In this document: piece after piece, positions 23,475 through 24,000 of the stretch
Layout: each line of letters starts with the position of its first letter
Position numbering within the stretch: the stretch's first letter is position 1
Sequence record: KY555142.1
DNA: 24,000 nt
DNA from: Caulobacter phage Ccr10
Direction: 5' to 3' (one strand)
Notes under the pieces: generated by a model
What the model was told of the DNA's origin: nothing
The model's input: only the letters and a program-made list of their open reading frames with translations
Databases searched by the model: none
Made by a program: the position numbers and the translations under genes

Positions 23475-23986
23475 AGATCATCGGCGTCGATCCGGGCATC
23501 GCCGGCGGCGTCGTGCTGCTGGACACCAAGGCCTGCACCCTGGCGGTTCACGACATGCCGACCGAGCCCTCGACCAAGGGCCGGCGGCTGGCGTCCTCGG
23601 CCCTCTTGACCGTCTTCCTGCACGACGTCGCCCCCGATCACATCTTCCTCGAAGAGGTCGGGGTCCGGCCCGGCGAGGGCGCGGTCGGGGCCTTTTCGTT
23701 CGGGCGCGGCATGGGACGCCTGGAGGGCGTGGCGGCCGGCACCCGCACCCCGCTGACCATGGTCACGCCCCAGGAATGGAAGCGCGTCACCAAGACCCCG
23801 GCCGACAAGAAGCGCGCCATCGCCCGCGCCTACCAACTCTTCCCCCGCTGCGTGAAGCTCTTCCAGGGGCCGCGCGGCGGTGAAAAGGACGGGCGCGCCG
23901 AAGCCGCCCTGATCGCCTTCTACGGGGCGATGAAGCTCGGCGCCGTCCCCTCCTCTCCCATCGACCCGGCGGAGTTTCCGGCTTGA
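23471..23986 (+). CDS. ruvC: RuvC-like Holliday junction resolvase, 171 aa (GTG start)
   Basis: MKIIGVDPGIAGGVVLLD, IFLEEVG and KDGRAEAALIAFYG fit the RuvC-fold acidic active-site pattern. Confidence 0.85.
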   Translation: MKIIGVDPGIAGGVVLLDTKACTLAVHDMPTEPSTKGRRLASSALLTVFLHDVAPDHIFLEEVGVRPGEGAVGAFSFGRGMGRLEGVAAGTRTPLTMVTPQEWKRVTKTPADKKRAIARAYQLFPRCVKLFQGPRGGEKDGRAEAALIAFYGAMKLGAVPSSPIDPAEFPA

Positions 23987-24000
23987 CCCAGCCCCAGTAC
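23983..24000 (+). CDS. possible start of the next CDS (TTG), truncated by the window edge
   Basis: TTGA overlap as in other genes here; only 6 codons visible. Confidence 0.3.

Noticed and set aside
1-24000. tRNA genes, expected in large Caulobacter-type phages
   Set aside because: I found no convincing acceptor stem/T-loop combination by eye. tRNAscan-SE/ARAGORN would be needed to exclude them.

Overview
This GC-rich window reads as a dense block of small accessory genes from a large phage. It carries about 39 complete CDS plus two partial edge CDS, all on the + strand, many joined by ATGA/GTGA/TTGA stop-start overlaps. The gene style and the recurring TTGACA-type promoters suggest a large Caulobacter-type (phiCbK/Ccr-like) phage, but this is inference. 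Most products are unrecognisable. The ones I can support are: a RuvC-like Holliday junction resolvase (23471..23986), an HNH-motif protein (18066..18686), a tandem pair of DUF6197-like proteins (12557..13290), a 687-aa protein with a YfaP/DUF2135-like segment (2566..4629) followed by a partner gene, and a 373-aa winged-helix-like protein (20755..21876) beside a 0.7-kb non-coding region. The strongest unexplained signals are regulatory. (1) A promoter/leader family, TTGACA-N17/18-TAGAAG, has an invariant CGACGACAAC exactly 7 nt after the -10 box, then a Shine-Dalgarno sequence. At several sites the SD lies in the 3' arm of an inverted repeat whose 5' arm is upstream of the predicted TSS, which suggests a T4-lysozyme-like readthrough/local-promoter RBS switch. 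(2) A 711-bp intergenic region combines an AT-rich island with several short direct repeats and could be an origin or control region. (3) Two copies of ACAACCGTTTTTGGTTGTA sit just upstream of a promoter whose transcript may be leaderless. (4) A 146-nt leader with a terminator-like hairpin precedes the 373-aa gene. No tRNA, CRISPR array or transposase was recognised.
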